Assembly (NCBI GenBank): GCA_964406075.1
Contig: CAYOQI010000004.1
Location: forward strand, 57,718-121,717
Length of the DNA stretch: 64,000 bases
Source: an uncultured Pseudomonadales bacterium
Lineage (GTDB): Bacteria; Patescibacteriota; Microgenomatia; UBA1400; PJMF01
Direction: 5' to 3'
Shown here: piece after piece, positions 29,790-42,700 of the stretch
How positions within the stretch are numbered: position 1 is the stretch's first letter
Layout: the number at the start of each line of letters is the position of its first letter
Made by a program: the position numbers and the translations under genes
Notes under the pieces: generated by a model
Seen by the model: only the letters and a program-made list of their open reading frames with translations
Databases searched by the model: none
What the model was told of the DNA's origin: nothing

Positions 29790-30668
29790 TTATCCGACAT
29801 TCATTAAGATACCAGATAATGAGTCTAACTGTTTGCGGTCCGACTGACGATGAGATGCCGCATGACGAGCTAAAATATAGCCAGTCCGTTGGTCTTTGAT
29901 CCGATCCATGGCTTGATCCATTGCCAGGATACGCGAGGCAAATTTTGCCAACTGTGACTCACGAACACTTTGCTCAAAAAGAGACGCAAATATTTCTTTT
30001 TCAAAGAATTGTAAAATTTTCTCTAAATTCGGTTCAAACAGGTACTGTCGTTTTGATTTAATTTCTTGAGGTTTTGAAAAGTCTAACTCAGCAGCTAAGG
30101 TAAAGACCACCGGCTTTTGCACTAAGACATTTTCAAACTGGCCAAAGAAAAGTTGGATCTGACTATATTGGACGATATGTTGCATGATCTTGAGAATAGC
30201 GTCTTGATTCAAACCATAGTCCGGCAATTCAAAAAAAGTGTATGGCTGATCAGGAGCATAAAATTCAAATAAAGCGGTTCCCTGTCTGCCAATAATTGTA
30301 ATCTCACTGTTTTTCTTTTTTGCTTCTTCTAGAAATACACGGAAGGTACGATGTACAATATCTCCATACAATCCTGAATTCGATGACAGTAAAACTGCAA
30401 CTGACTTTCCATTATGTGAAAGCAAGGTCAGCCCTTTATTGGTTCGCCGAGAACTCTGTTTCAGCAACTTGGTTATTTCTTTGGCATAGTTGGCTCGGAC
30501 CTCTTCAAAAACGTCTTGAATTGCACTTAAAAATTCTCGAGCTGATAAGACTGACGTGCGAGTCGACTTCATTCGAATCGATGCAATTTCTCCATAGGTC
30601 TGAACAACGCTCTGAAGCACATCTAGCTCGGTTAAAATTCCAGTAATTTTTTTCTTGTCCATTATCAT
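29790..30668 (-). CDS. atpG: F1 ATPase gamma subunit
   Basis: 292 aa, positioned between the alpha and beta genes. It has the N- and C-terminal helices typical of gamma (IASIRMKS..., ...LAKFASRILAMDQAMDRI). Confidence 0.8.
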   Translation of the reverse strand: MIMDKKKITGILTELDVLQSVVQTYGEIASIRMKSTRTSVLSAREFLSAIQDVFEEVRANYAKEITKLLKQSSRRTNKGLTLLSHNGKSVAVLLSSNSGLYGDIVHRTFRVFLEEAKKKNSEITIIGRQGTALFEFYAPDQPYTFFELPDYGLNQDAILKIMQHIVQYSQIQLFFGQFENVLVQKPVVFTLAAELDFSKPQEIKSKRQYLFEPNLEKILQFFEKEIFASLFEQSVRESQLAKFASRILAMDQAMDRIKDQRTGYILARHAASHRQSDRKQLDSLSGILMNVG

Positions 30669-32113
30669 GCTTGTACGGAGCCTTTCATTTTTTCAACTAG
30701 CTCAGCAAAACTCTGAGCTGTACTCAAGAGTTGATCAACTTGGGATCGGAAATTGGCATCCTGATCATATTGTTTTCGATAGTTCATGATCTCACTCTTC
30801 ACAGTTTGTGGATCTTGATCTTTCCATTGCCCATTCCAGAGTAAGCCTAATACATACACACTAATCGAGACAGATACGATTTCGTCAGGGCTTTGATCGA
30901 GTAAAACAAAAATTCTTTCTCCTAGGTTCAATTGATCTCGAACACTTTGGCTGACTTCAGAACCAAAGTGACTGTACTGCTTAATTTTTTCATAATTCAC
31001 CAGATAACTCGTGAGTTGCCTGGAGACATCTTTAATCAAAGGAAGCTGCACTCCTCTTCCCACACGAGTAACTGATAAAAAGGGATTCACCGCAGGGCGT
31101 CGCCCTTGATCAAAAAGTTCTGTGTCAAAAAATATATGCCCGTCAGTCATCGACATGATATTGGTCGTAATATACGCCGAGAGGTCACCGAGGATGGACT
31201 GAACCACCGGAAAACAAGTGATCGGGACATTTCCTTTCTTTGTGACAAAATTACCGCCGCGTTCCATCAAGCGTGAATGCGTATAAAAAATATCACTTGG
31301 ATACGCGCTTCTTCCTGGGAAACGTCGAGCCAACAAAGTAATTTGTCGATAAAACTGCGCATGAGTTGTCAGATCATCAAAAACAACAATCGTTTCTTTT
31401 CCTTGATCTCGAAAGTACTCAGCAATGGTCATGGCAACATATGGATTGAGAAAGATAAGTCCAGCAGGATCTGATGCTCCAGTAGCGACAATCACCGTAT
31501 TCTGAGTCACACCTTGTTTCTCAAAAAATTCTTGAAGCTGCTGAATTTCTAACTGTTTCTTTCCGATCAGTGCGAAGATACAGATGACTCCTTGACGGGC
31601 TTGACGCAGTACAGTCTGGAGAAGAAAAAGGGTTTTCCCTGTTTTACGATCACCAATAATGAGCTGACGTTGGCCTTTTGCCAGAGGAACAATCAAGTCC
31701 ACTGAAGTCACACCACTCTCGAGTGGGTCTACTATGGGAGCTCGAGCAAAAATACCTGGAGGTTTCGTATCAATCTGTCTGTATTCAACCTCCCCTAAAA
31801 TGGGTTCTGACAATGGATGTCTTCCTAATGGATCGATTCTTTTTCCTAAGATCCCAGGTCCAACTCCAATCGTGAGTCGCTCTCCGGTTCGGGCTACTCG
31901 AGTACCAATTTCCAAAACGTTTCTATCAAACAGAAGAATTTCTACACCAGATTCAAGTAAACCGATGACTTGACCTTTTTCGCCAGATTCAAAAAATACT
32001 AATTCGAACAAACGTACACCTGGAAGTCCGTTCACAACAACGAGACTCTGTTTGAGCTCTTGAACAGTTCCGACTTCTTGAGTGGAGGTAAGGTATTCTT
32101 GAAAAGATTTCAT
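30665..32113 (-). CDS. atpA: F1 ATPase alpha subunit
   Basis: It has Walker A GDRKTGKT, plus VVFDDLTTHAQFYRQITLLARRFPGRSAYPSDIFYTHSRLMERG. Length is 482 aa. Confidence 0.95.
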   Translation of the reverse strand: MKSFQEYLTSTQEVGTVQELKQSLVVVNGLPGVRLFELVFFESGEKGQVIGLLESGVEILLFDRNVLEIGTRVARTGERLTIGVGPGILGKRIDPLGRHPLSEPILGEVEYRQIDTKPPGIFARAPIVDPLESGVTSVDLIVPLAKGQRQLIIGDRKTGKTLFLLQTVLRQARQGVICIFALIGKKQLEIQQLQEFFEKQGVTQNTVIVATGASDPAGLIFLNPYVAMTIAEYFRDQGKETIVVFDDLTTHAQFYRQITLLARRFPGRSAYPSDIFYTHSRLMERGGNFVTKKGNVPITCFPVVQSILGDLSAYITTNIMSMTDGHIFFDTELFDQGRRPAVNPFLSVTRVGRGVQLPLIKDVSRQLTSYLVNYEKIKQYSHFGSEVSQSVRDQLNLGERIFVLLDQSPDEIVSVSISVYVLGLLWNGQWKDQDPQTVKSEIMNYRKQYDQDANFRSQVDQLLSTAQSFAELVEKMKGSVQA

Positions 32114-32128
32114 GGGCAGTCTGTTTTC

Positions 32129-32605
32129 CTATGGTGCAAATAACACTTGACGAATTTTGTCTGAATTATGTAAAAAATACTCTTGGACTTTTCGATGTAA
32201 TGAGTAATCAAAAAACTTTCCGTTGAGAGTAAAGTGAACTCCTCCCATGAGCTGAGGCACCGATTTCAAACTCAGTATCGCATTACCGGACTCGGGGCTT
32301 TGTCTGATAAGCCGAATGATCTCCGCAATAAAATTCGGCTTTACTGGGAACGCCAGTGAGAGTTCTATGACTGGTAAGTTCTGAACTTCTTTTTTCCAGA
32401 CCTGCCAGTCCTGAGGTGTCAGAGTATTTTTTTCTAAAAATTCAGTCCAAATCTGTAGACTCTGTGGACGAACCGTATTATTCAAAGTTTCTTTTTTCTT
32501 GTCAGGATCAGTAAAAAAAGCAATCTGGGATAATAACGACATCTCTTCCAACAAAGCGTTTCTATCTTCAAGGGTGAGTAGTATTGGTTGAAACTCAGAG
32601 TACAT
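32129..32605 (-). CDS. atpH: F1 ATPase delta (OSCP) subunit, divergent
   Basis: 158 aa in the canonical position. The C-terminal segment PQLMGGVHFTLNGKFFDYSLHRKVQ resembles the delta consensus (IGG...G....D.S...). Confidence 0.6.
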   Translation of the reverse strand: MYSEFQPILLTLEDRNALLEEMSLLSQIAFFTDPDKKKETLNNTVRPQSLQIWTEFLEKNTLTPQDWQVWKKEVQNLPVIELSLAFPVKPNFIAEIIRLIRQSPESGNAILSLKSVPQLMGGVHFTLNGKFFDYSLHRKVQEYFLHNSDKIRQVLFAP

Positions 32606-33203
32606 GATCTTGTTTGGCTTTTTGTAATGCTTCTAAAATAAGTTGCTCGTGTTGTTCTTGACTAAGTAATTTTCCGGAAACGTCTTCAAGCACTGATTGG
32701 ACTATTTTGAAAATATGTTCTTCTAGTTTGGAATTTAACTCAGTTTTTCTCTCCTGAATATATTTTTCCAACTCGGCCTGCACTGATTCAGTTTTCTTCT
32801 CTAAAACTTGTTCATTCTTTTTTGTTTCTTCAAGCAGCTTCGTACTAAAACTATGTAATTGCTTGACGGATTCGGACGTAATCTTTTTTTGAATCTGATC
32901 CATGGTTTTTTGATACTCTTCAGCTTCTTTTTGTTCTGCTTCTACTAATGCTTCTCGAACATGTTGCTTCATATCAGAAGAAATGAATTCGGAATCTTCA
33001 ATGATCTTTAACGCATGACGATGCGCTTTCTTGATCATGGCTTCTGAATGAAGAAGCACTCTCTCCCACAGCTTGTCATACTCAGTTTCTAACTCAGTGA
33101 AAGATCGCCGTTGGCGAAGATACACCATGATCATTGCGACAGTGGTGACAATGCCAATGCTGGCACTTGAGGCTAGTAGGAAGAAAAGAAAAAAGTCATT
33201 CAT
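32595..33203 (-). CDS. atpF: Fo ATPase b subunit
   Basis: 202 aa. One N-terminal TM helix is followed by a long charged coiled-coil region. It is in the canonical position upstream of atpH and overlaps it by 11 nt. Confidence 0.6.
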   Translation of the reverse strand: MNDFFLFFLLASSASIGIVTTVAMIMVYLRQRRSFTELETEYDKLWERVLLHSEAMIKKAHRHALKIIEDSEFISSDMKQHVREALVEAEQKEAEEYQKTMDQIQKKITSESVKQLHSFSTKLLEETKKNEQVLEKKTESVQAELEKYIQERKTELNSKLEEHIFKIVQSVLEDVSGKLLSQEQHEQLILEALQKAKQDHVL

Positions 33204-33204
33204 A

Positions 33205-34890
33205 TTATTTTTGTTCCAATAAATTATTTCCGGTCATCTCTTTGGGTACAGGTAAATTCATCATGCCTAACATCGTTGGAGCGACATCACTTAATGCCCC
33301 TGGTCGTAGCTGAATTGCTGGATTATTTTTAAATGCTGGATTCATGATAACAAATGGAACGGGGTTATTTGAATGCTCTGTATTTACCGTCCCTGGACTA
33401 CTGGTAAAAAAGAAGCTCGATTGATCATAAGTCAGCAATTCTTCTACATTTCCATGATCTGCTGTGATACACAAAGTACCTTGTCTTTCGATTAATACAT
33501 CGACAATTTCTCCCACCGCTCGATCTACAATTTCACACGCTTTGATCGAGGCTGATAAATTTCCACTGTGCGCAACCATGTCCGGATTCGCAAAATTCAT
33601 GACGATAAAATGATACACATCTTTCTCTAAAGCCAGATGAAATTCTCGCATGATCTCAGACAGAGACATTTCAGGTTTACGATCATATGTCCCTACTTTG
33701 GAAGAAGGCACAATCATAATGTCTTCACCTGAAAATGGCTCAAGTCGCATGCCATCAAAATAATACGTCACCATTTTCTCCTTCTCACTTTCCGCTAGGT
33801 GAAATTGACGAAGGTTTTGTTGAGCCAATACCTCTGAAAGTGTATGCTCAACATCAATTTTGGGATATGCGACTGCGGACACAGGTAAATTATGCTGATA
33901 CTCAGTCATGGTCACAAAACATAAGTTTTTTAAAATAACTGGTCTCTCAAAGGTGCTCACTCTTTTTTGTTCTGTTGAATTCTTAGAGCTCTCGACCAAG
34001 ATTCCCTGTTCAAAATCTGGAAGCACAAATACTTGACTCAACTGCCTGGCACGATCTACACGAAAGTTAAAATAAATCATCGCATCGCCATCTTTGATAA
34101 AGACTGGAGGTTTTCCTGGTTGATTGATAAGAGTTGGGATGACAAATTCATCAGTTAAATTTTGCTCATATGAACTTTTTATAGCCTCAGAAGCACTCGT
34201 TGCCGTTGCTCCTTCTCCAAGCGTCATGACTCGATATACTTTTTCAGTCCTTTCCCATCTGGCATCTCTGTCCATAGCGTAGTAACGACCAGCTACTGAA
34301 ACAATTTGACCAAGTTGAAGCTCAACGAGTCGTTTCTCAATGGTTTCCATCACCCCTGCCCCATCCTGAGGAGGAGCATCTCTTCCATCGGTGAATAAGT
34401 GTAAATACACTCGAGTGAAGGATTGGCGTTTACACAATTCCAACAACGCAAATAAATGTTCGGTCGAAGAATGAACATTCCCTGAGCCAATTAATCCACA
34501 CACATGCAGATTGGTATTATTCTCTCTAGCATAACTAATTGCTTTGAGTAGTGCTCGGTTTGAATAAAAATCTCCAGTTTCAATTGCTTTATTTATTCGT
34601 GGCAAACTTTCCAACACAGTCCTTCCAACCCCCATCGTGAGGTGACCTACCTCAGAATTCCCTACTTCATTGGCTGGCAAACCGACAGATTCACCGGAAG
34701 CAATCAGCTTGGTATTTGGATACTCTGAAATGAGCTGATCCCATCTTGGTAACCGAGCCTGAGACATTGCATTTCCCGCTGAAGGCGGAGCGATTCCCCA
34801 CCCATCCAGCACCAATAAAACCATTGGCCGTATGTTGTACGTCTTGGGAGTAGAAGAAGCGTTGAATAAAGTATCAAGCCAGGAAGACAT
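33205..34890 (-). CDS. gpmI: 2,3-bisphosphoglycerate-independent phosphoglycerate mutase
   Basis: Motifs present are LLVLDGWGI, GNSEVGHLTMGVGR, YYAMDRDARWER and ITADHGN. Its stop lies 1 nt from the atpF start codon. Confidence 0.9.
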   Translation of the reverse strand: MSSWLDTLFNASSTPKTYNIRPMVLLVLDGWGIAPPSAGNAMSQARLPRWDQLISEYPNTKLIASGESVGLPANEVGNSEVGHLTMGVGRTVLESLPRINKAIETGDFYSNRALLKAISYARENNTNLHVCGLIGSGNVHSSTEHLFALLELCKRQSFTRVYLHLFTDGRDAPPQDGAGVMETIEKRLVELQLGQIVSVAGRYYAMDRDARWERTEKVYRVMTLGEGATATSASEAIKSSYEQNLTDEFVIPTLINQPGKPPVFIKDGDAMIYFNFRVDRARQLSQVFVLPDFEQGILVESSKNSTEQKRVSTFERPVILKNLCFVTMTEYQHNLPVSAVAYPKIDVEHTLSEVLAQQNLRQFHLAESEKEKMVTYYFDGMRLEPFSGEDIMIVPSSKVGTYDRKPEMSLSEIMREFHLALEKDVYHFIVMNFANPDMVAHSGNLSASIKACEIVDRAVGEIVDVLIERQGTLCITADHGNVEELLTYDQSSFFFTSSPGTVNTEHSNNPVPFVIMNPAFKNNPAIQLRPGALSDVAPTMLGMMNLPVPKEMTGNNLLEQK

Positions 34891-34902
34891 AGAAATAAAA
34901 AT

Positions 34903-35838
<936 letters not shown>

Positions 35839-36676
35839 TTATTAAGAATTTTCTCAATAAATGTCCAACCTTTGAACGATGTGTCTAAGTTTAAAATTTA
35901 AGAAATCATTAATTATTTCATTCACATTTTAAACTTTCTCAATGCAAATATTTTTAATATCACAAGGATTTTAAAATCAGCCTTTCTGTTATCATCCGTC
36001 ATTTTTTTGAATCACTTTTACGATGATCCTATATCATTCAGTGCTCAATGAGACGATAACAATTCTTATTGATTCCAATTTAGGCTTCAAATAACTACGA
36101 CTGAGTCCAACACTCTTCTTTTTTAATTTTCTCAAACAGAAAAGGAAATGAGTTTAAAATTACTTCATTTATATTTTTATATAAAAACAAAATTCTTTTT
36201 GAAAACAAGTTGATTGATTTTCATATATTCAAAAAATAATGATTGAGTTTGGTTTAGCAACTTCATCATTTGCTTCCACTCTTAGGTGATTTCTTTATCA
36301 CATAACACAAACGCATGCGTTAATAAACTATATTTGCATTGATAAATATTTTTTCTATCTTAGATTATATTTTTAACGATTACTGTTCTTGCGATATTAA
36401 TTGTTGCGTCTTCGGCTGAAATAATCTTGTGCTATTTTCAAAGAGTCTTCATTCCGCATTCATCACATAAACACCCACTGAAAGATTTTAACGATTTTAA
36501 AAAGACTTTGTATCAATTGATCAAGCAACTTGAGCGAAAATAATTTACAGAATCAAATGAGAGAAAATATTACCAGCAGGCTAAATATGTGAATAAAAAT
36601 GTGTTCGTTGTGAACTTTTATTTGTATTTTATTCGGTAATAATTAAACATGATTATTACGAAACACAGTACACCTC

Positions 36677-36706
36677 TTGACACCATCAGGTAAAAAATGC
36701 CTTAAT
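36677..36706 (+). promoter_or_regulatory. candidate sigma70-type promoter for the giant gene
   Basis: A consensus -35 TTGACA (36677-36682) is followed by an 18-nt spacer and CTTAAT (36701-36706), about 65 nt upstream of the ATG at 36772. The -10 match is only 4/6. Confidence 0.25.
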
Positions 36707-36771
36707 GAAGTTGGACAAAAAATGTGACAATTGCTCTTAAAATGTCCCACATTTCGTAAGAACGTAAAAAA

Positions 36772-39700
36772 ATGATTCCCAGTGATCTGCCCCCACTAGT
36801 CTCCATTCATGAAGCTGCAAAGTTTCTTAAAGTTTCGACAAAAACTTTACGTCGTTGGGAAGATCGACACATTTTGTTACCAGCTCGAACTTCTGGCGGA
36901 CACCGAAGATATGATCTCAACGAGATCAAGGCCTTCAAAAAACAAAAGTATTCCAGTGGCTCAGTCGTTCATCAAACAGTACTCCCACTTGCAACAGTTA
37001 AACCACTTGAATCAAAAGTGGTTGACCAAACAGATATTCTTCAAGTTTCCAAACCACTCATCATCAAACCCATTGATCATTTTCCGTTAAAAACACCGAA
37101 AGTAACTGCATACAAGCCATTCCCAGAGACAATTACGAAAGTAAAAAAAACATTTGAGTTTCCTTCATTCCAAGTTAGAAACAACATTCCTCCTCAGGTC
37201 GAAATTCCCACAGAGAAAATAACGGATTTCCCTATTCCAACCACTCCACCTTCTTGGGTGTCTGTCTCAATCGTGTTGGCTTTTTTCTTTATTTCAGCTG
37301 CAGCATTCAGTATTCAAGGTTTCTTCAAGCCTCTAGTTGCAAAACATCCAGTCCTAAGTGAAATTGCGTATTCCCTCGAAAAGAGATTGGCAATAAATGT
37401 TTTTCCTAAAAAAGAAGTGATGATTGTTCAGGCTAACGATAGCAAAGTCTTGGGAGAACACTCCAGCTTAGATTTTTTAAAATTTAATATTAATGTCGAG
37501 TCTTCTTTTCGCGAGTTTGCGAACTTCCTCTCAGATGTCAATGTCGAAGGAAATGCCACGGTCAGTGGAATTTTAAGTGTGAACTCCGGCTCACTTCAAA
37601 CAACTTCTGAAACAGCTCAAGTTTTTGAAAACGCTTCTACTCTCTCAATTGCTGCGAACACTGGCACCACAACAGTGAACAACTCACTAAACGTGGGTGG
37701 AAATTTAACAGTAATTGGTTTGATAAATGATATTGCCGGTACTCTCAATCTTTCCGGTAATACTTTGACTTCAACTGGTGATCTAGTTATTGATCCTGGC
37801 GGAGGTGGTGTTTCGATTGGAGATGCCACTCCAGGAATTATAGATATGACAGATGGAGATTTTTTTGTTTCAGGCGATGTAGAAATTGACGGCATTTTAT
37901 ACGCACCAACTGCAAATATATCAGGCACTGCGAGTATCGGCACTGTCTTGGTGAATTCCGACAGTATCAATGACTTTACTGGAACAGGCTTGACTGTCTC
38001 TGATGGAGCTCTTCAAACCACAATTGGCACATCGGTTTCTTCCTCTGAAATTGAGAATGACACAATTTTGGAAGAAGATCTTAAAGTCTCAAATGATGCG
38101 GTAAATGGTTATGCTCTTACCTATGATAATTCGACCGGCGGATTCACTTGGACAGATATTGCATCCAGTCAAGTTTGGATCGATGGTGGCTCAGTCTACT
38201 ATCAAGCCACGACCACCGATGATGTGGTGATTGGAGGTACTTCCAGCTTGGGTAAACTCTCGGTCGATGGGGATAGTGATGAAATCCAACTCGTAGTTCA
38301 AGGCAATGGGACGCAAACATCAAACATCTTCGTAGTTGAAGACTCCAGTGGGACAGATCTTTTTGTGGTGAACAATACTGGAAGCATCACCATTGCGTCT
38401 GGCCAAGATCTCACCATTGGGTCGATTGGATTGAATGATGTCGGAACAGATAATGTCACTTCTGGAGCATCACTTATCGGAGTGTTTGATGAATTCACTA
38501 ACTCCTCAGCTACGACACTACAAGATGTCCTCGATGATTTTGACGCTGCTATTGGTGGTGGAGCTTCAAAGTGGGCTCAAGATACTGGCTTTGTTTACCT
38601 AGCAAGTACGACTGACGACATCGTTGTCGGTGGTGACACAATAGCTAATGGTTCTTTGTATTTTGATGAATCTGCGGGAAGTCTGTATCTCGGAACTAAT
38701 GAGGCTTTGAACGGCTCACTTACTCTCTACTCTTCAGGAGCAGGGATAACTGACCCTACGATTACCGCAGATGCTACAGGAAATGCGAATATCACTACCT
38801 CTGCCACAGCCTTAGTAAATATATTAGCGGGTAATTTGAAAGTGGGTAATGGCGCGCCCACTCAGACCTTAAATGGTGAAGATGCCTATGTCGAAGGCAC
38901 GCTTGAAGTTGATGGGATACTCTACGCTGGTTCTGCCACTACAGCCTTAACCGTAGCAAGCGGACTGATCGATGCTGATGCAATTGCTTTAACTCCAACC
39001 ACTGAGGGATTAAGTGGTATCTCATCAGGCTCAGGTTTAGCGGTATACAGCGACACACTTTCTCTTCTCCAAGGTTGTGGTGATGGTCAAGTTTTGAAGT
39101 GGAACGAAACAAATGATTCATGGGAATGTGCAAATGATACCGGCGCTTCTTTTGCCGTGGTAAACATTGAGAACAATGATGTTGCAGTCGGGAGCAATGT
39201 CGATTCCATTGATTTCTCTACTGATTTCTTAGTCACTGCTTCCCCATCAAACGAAGCCAATGTTGCAATCGCCGATGACATTTTAAACTTCACAGAATTC
39301 TCTGATGCCCTTACCTTAGATGCCGCTACCACCATCACCAATTCTTTAGCCGGCAACTTGACAATCGACCTCACTTCAACCGGTGATTTCGTCATTGCAG
39401 ATGGTGGAGTTGCCTTCTTTACCTTTACTGATGGTGGTGCTTTAACTCAGGCTGGAAGCGGTCAAATAACCTTGACTGGAAACGTTGATGCTACAAATGG
39501 TCTTGATATAACAGGCGCTTCCCTAACGGTTGGTGGTGCAAATGCCACGATCACCACAGGTGGAGCGTTAACATTGGCATCAACAATTACAGCAGCGACC
39601 GACGAGACCATTAACGGCGTTGATATCAATGCCGGTACCGTTTCAGATGTTGTGAATTTAACTATTAATTCAGGTGGTGACTTAACCATTGGTTCAATCG

Positions 39701-42700
39701 GTTTGAATGATGTGGGTTCAGACAACATCACTTCCGGTGCTTCCTTAGTGGGAGTGTTTGATGAATTCACCAATTCAAGTGCAACAACTGTTCAAGACGT
39801 CTTAGATGATCTCGATGCAGCAATTGGTGCTGGTGCAAGTAAATGGACTGACTCTGGTACTGTTACCTACCTTACTGACACGACTGACAGTATTACGATT
39901 GGGAGTTCAACCGAACTTGGTAAACTTGCAGTCGATGGAGATGCTGATGAAGTTCAGTTATTAGTTCAAGGTAATGGAACCCAGACCAATGCCCTTGCAA
40001 TTTTTGAAGATTCAACAGGTGCTGACCAATTTAGCATTAGTAATACTGGAAACGTGACGTTAGCTGGAGATTTAACAATCAGTGGTGGAAATATTACCTC
40101 TGCAACTACCTTTGATTCCACCGCAACCGTAACAGGAACATTAACAGCAAATGGCACTTTAGATGCCAATGGGATCTTCACACTTGGTGACAATGGCGAA
40201 ACCGGTGCAATTGATACTTCTGATTGGGATATTTCTGCCACCGGTGTACTCACTGGAGTGAGTGGTATTACCACTGATGGTGGATACACTCAATCAGGCG
40301 CGACCGGAAATACATTTTCAGGCAATGTCGATGCAACTTCTGGCCTTGATGTCACAGGTGCTTCTCTGACTGTCGGTGGTGCAAATGCCACGATCACTAC
40401 AGGTGGAGCGTTAACTTTAGCCTCCACAATTACAGCCAACACAGATGAAACAGTGAACGGAGTTGATATTAATGCAGGGACTGTTTCTGATGTGGTGAAT
40501 TTAACAATCAATTCTGGTGGTGACTTAACTATCGGGTCAATCGGACTCAACGATATTGGTTCAGACAACATCACTTCCGGTGCTTCTTTAGTTGGAGTCT
40601 TCGATGAGTTTACTAATTCAGATGGTCTTAATGTACAAGATGTCCTTGATGACTTTGATGCTGCTATTGGTGCAGGTTCTAGTAAATGGACAGACTCTGG
40701 TACTGTTACCTACTTAACTTCTACTACTGATGACTTAGCCGTGGGAGGATCCACTGTCCTGGCTTCCATGTTTGGCATTGATGAATCGGCAGGAAATTTC
40801 TACTTTGGCTATGACAACTCAGTTTCCCCTACCTTCAACTTTGAAGCCTCTGATGGTGATGCTGGTGAATTTGGATTTAATACCAATGACACATTCTTCT
40901 TCTCCAATGCACGAGTGGGTGTCGGAACGACCAATCCTTCAAGGTTATTACATGTAAGTGATTCTTCAGGGTCGCCCGCCATTAGAGTTACTGGTTCAGC
41001 CAGTGGTTCACCGTTTATTGAGTTCGAACAGTCAGGAAATGTTAGAGGTGTTTTTGGTTATGATAATACAACTTCGACCTTGCAACTTGCATATGGAGCG
41101 AATTTTAGTACTACCTTCCTATCACTAAATAGTTCTGGTTCTATGGGTCTTGGAACCTCTGCACCTGACGCCGCATTAGAAATCAATCATGCTACGGGTG
41201 ATAGTTTACGACTTACATACAATGACTCAAATGGTTCCGCTACCAGCTACACAGACTTCTCTCTCGCCTCTGATGGAGATTTAACAATTGATAGTGCTGG
41301 TGGTGCCATAAACCTTGGTGCAAATGATGACCTCAATATCACTGCTTCTACTGACTTAATCTTTGGAGGATCAACCTCTCTTGGTGAATCTACAGGAGCG
41401 GCTGATTCAGGAGCTTTCTTAACTGGTATTTTTGATGAATTTGATAACTCTGCTTCCTCTACAGTACAAGATGTGATTGATGATATTGATGCAGCTATTG
41501 GAAATAGAACATACACTGCTGATAACTACGTGACTGATGGTCAAACTCTGACAGCTTCCATCAATGCCCTTGATATTGCACTTGCCTCTGTTTCAGGCGG
41601 TGCGTACACAGGATGGAGTATTGACGTGGATGATGACGGAGCTGATCCAATTGCAAGTGGAGCTACGCTGAATGTTGATGCTGGAAGTAATGTGTCATTG
41701 ACCTACACAGCTGGTACCAATACGCTTTTAATTGCTGCTACTGATACAAATACTACCTACACAGCTGGGAATGATCTTGATCTTACCGGAACGGTCTTCA
41801 GCCTAGAAACCACCCTCGATTTTGTCGACACAATTAATTTAGCTGGGACAGGAACTCTCAACGGTCTTGATGCCGTTGATGCTACTGGAGAAAATACTAT
41901 TGAGGCCCTGATCTTTGATACAGATGCTGAAAGTATTACCGGAGTCTGGACGGTAGCTGACTCGACCAACTTCAGAATTGGTACCGGTGGTGACTTAACC
42001 TTCGCTCATGATGGTTCAAACTCTACTATTACTAGTACGACGGGTGACTTACTTATCGACAATACAAATGCCACCGGTTCAACCATTTTTGACCTGGGCA
42101 CAGATACTTCAGCCACTGATTTCCTTATTAGGAATGATTCTGGCACTCAACTCTTAAGCTTGAACGGTGCCGGGGCACTTCAGCTTGGAAGCAATGGTCA
42201 AGATGGTCAGTTCATCCTCTACAACGAACTAGGTGTAACAGATTACACAAACACAATTAACCCAAGTGGTTCTCAGTCCCAAAACATCACCTATACCCTA
42301 CCTCCTGATGATGGTGGCGCTGATAATTACGTTCTCACCACGGATGGAAATGGCGTATTGCAATGGGAATCCGTCACTGGTGCCGGTGGAGGAAGTGGAG
42401 ATCTGACAGATATCATTGCTGGGAACTACATTGATGTTCAAAACGCTGGTGGTCCGAGTCCTACTGTAGACTTTGATCCAACCGAACTTGAAGGAGTGAC
42501 TTGGGGTGCCTCATCTGGCGCCAGTGAACCTTTTACCTGGACGTATGATGTGACGAACTCCGGAACTGATCCTTCCATCACTTTCGCGGACAATGCCATC
42601 ACTCTCACAGCAGCAACTCTTACAGCTAGTGGTGATTTAACAATTCAAGGTGGAGACGCAACGCTTGGAATGGCTGGAACCGATGGTTCGCTCACTTTTT

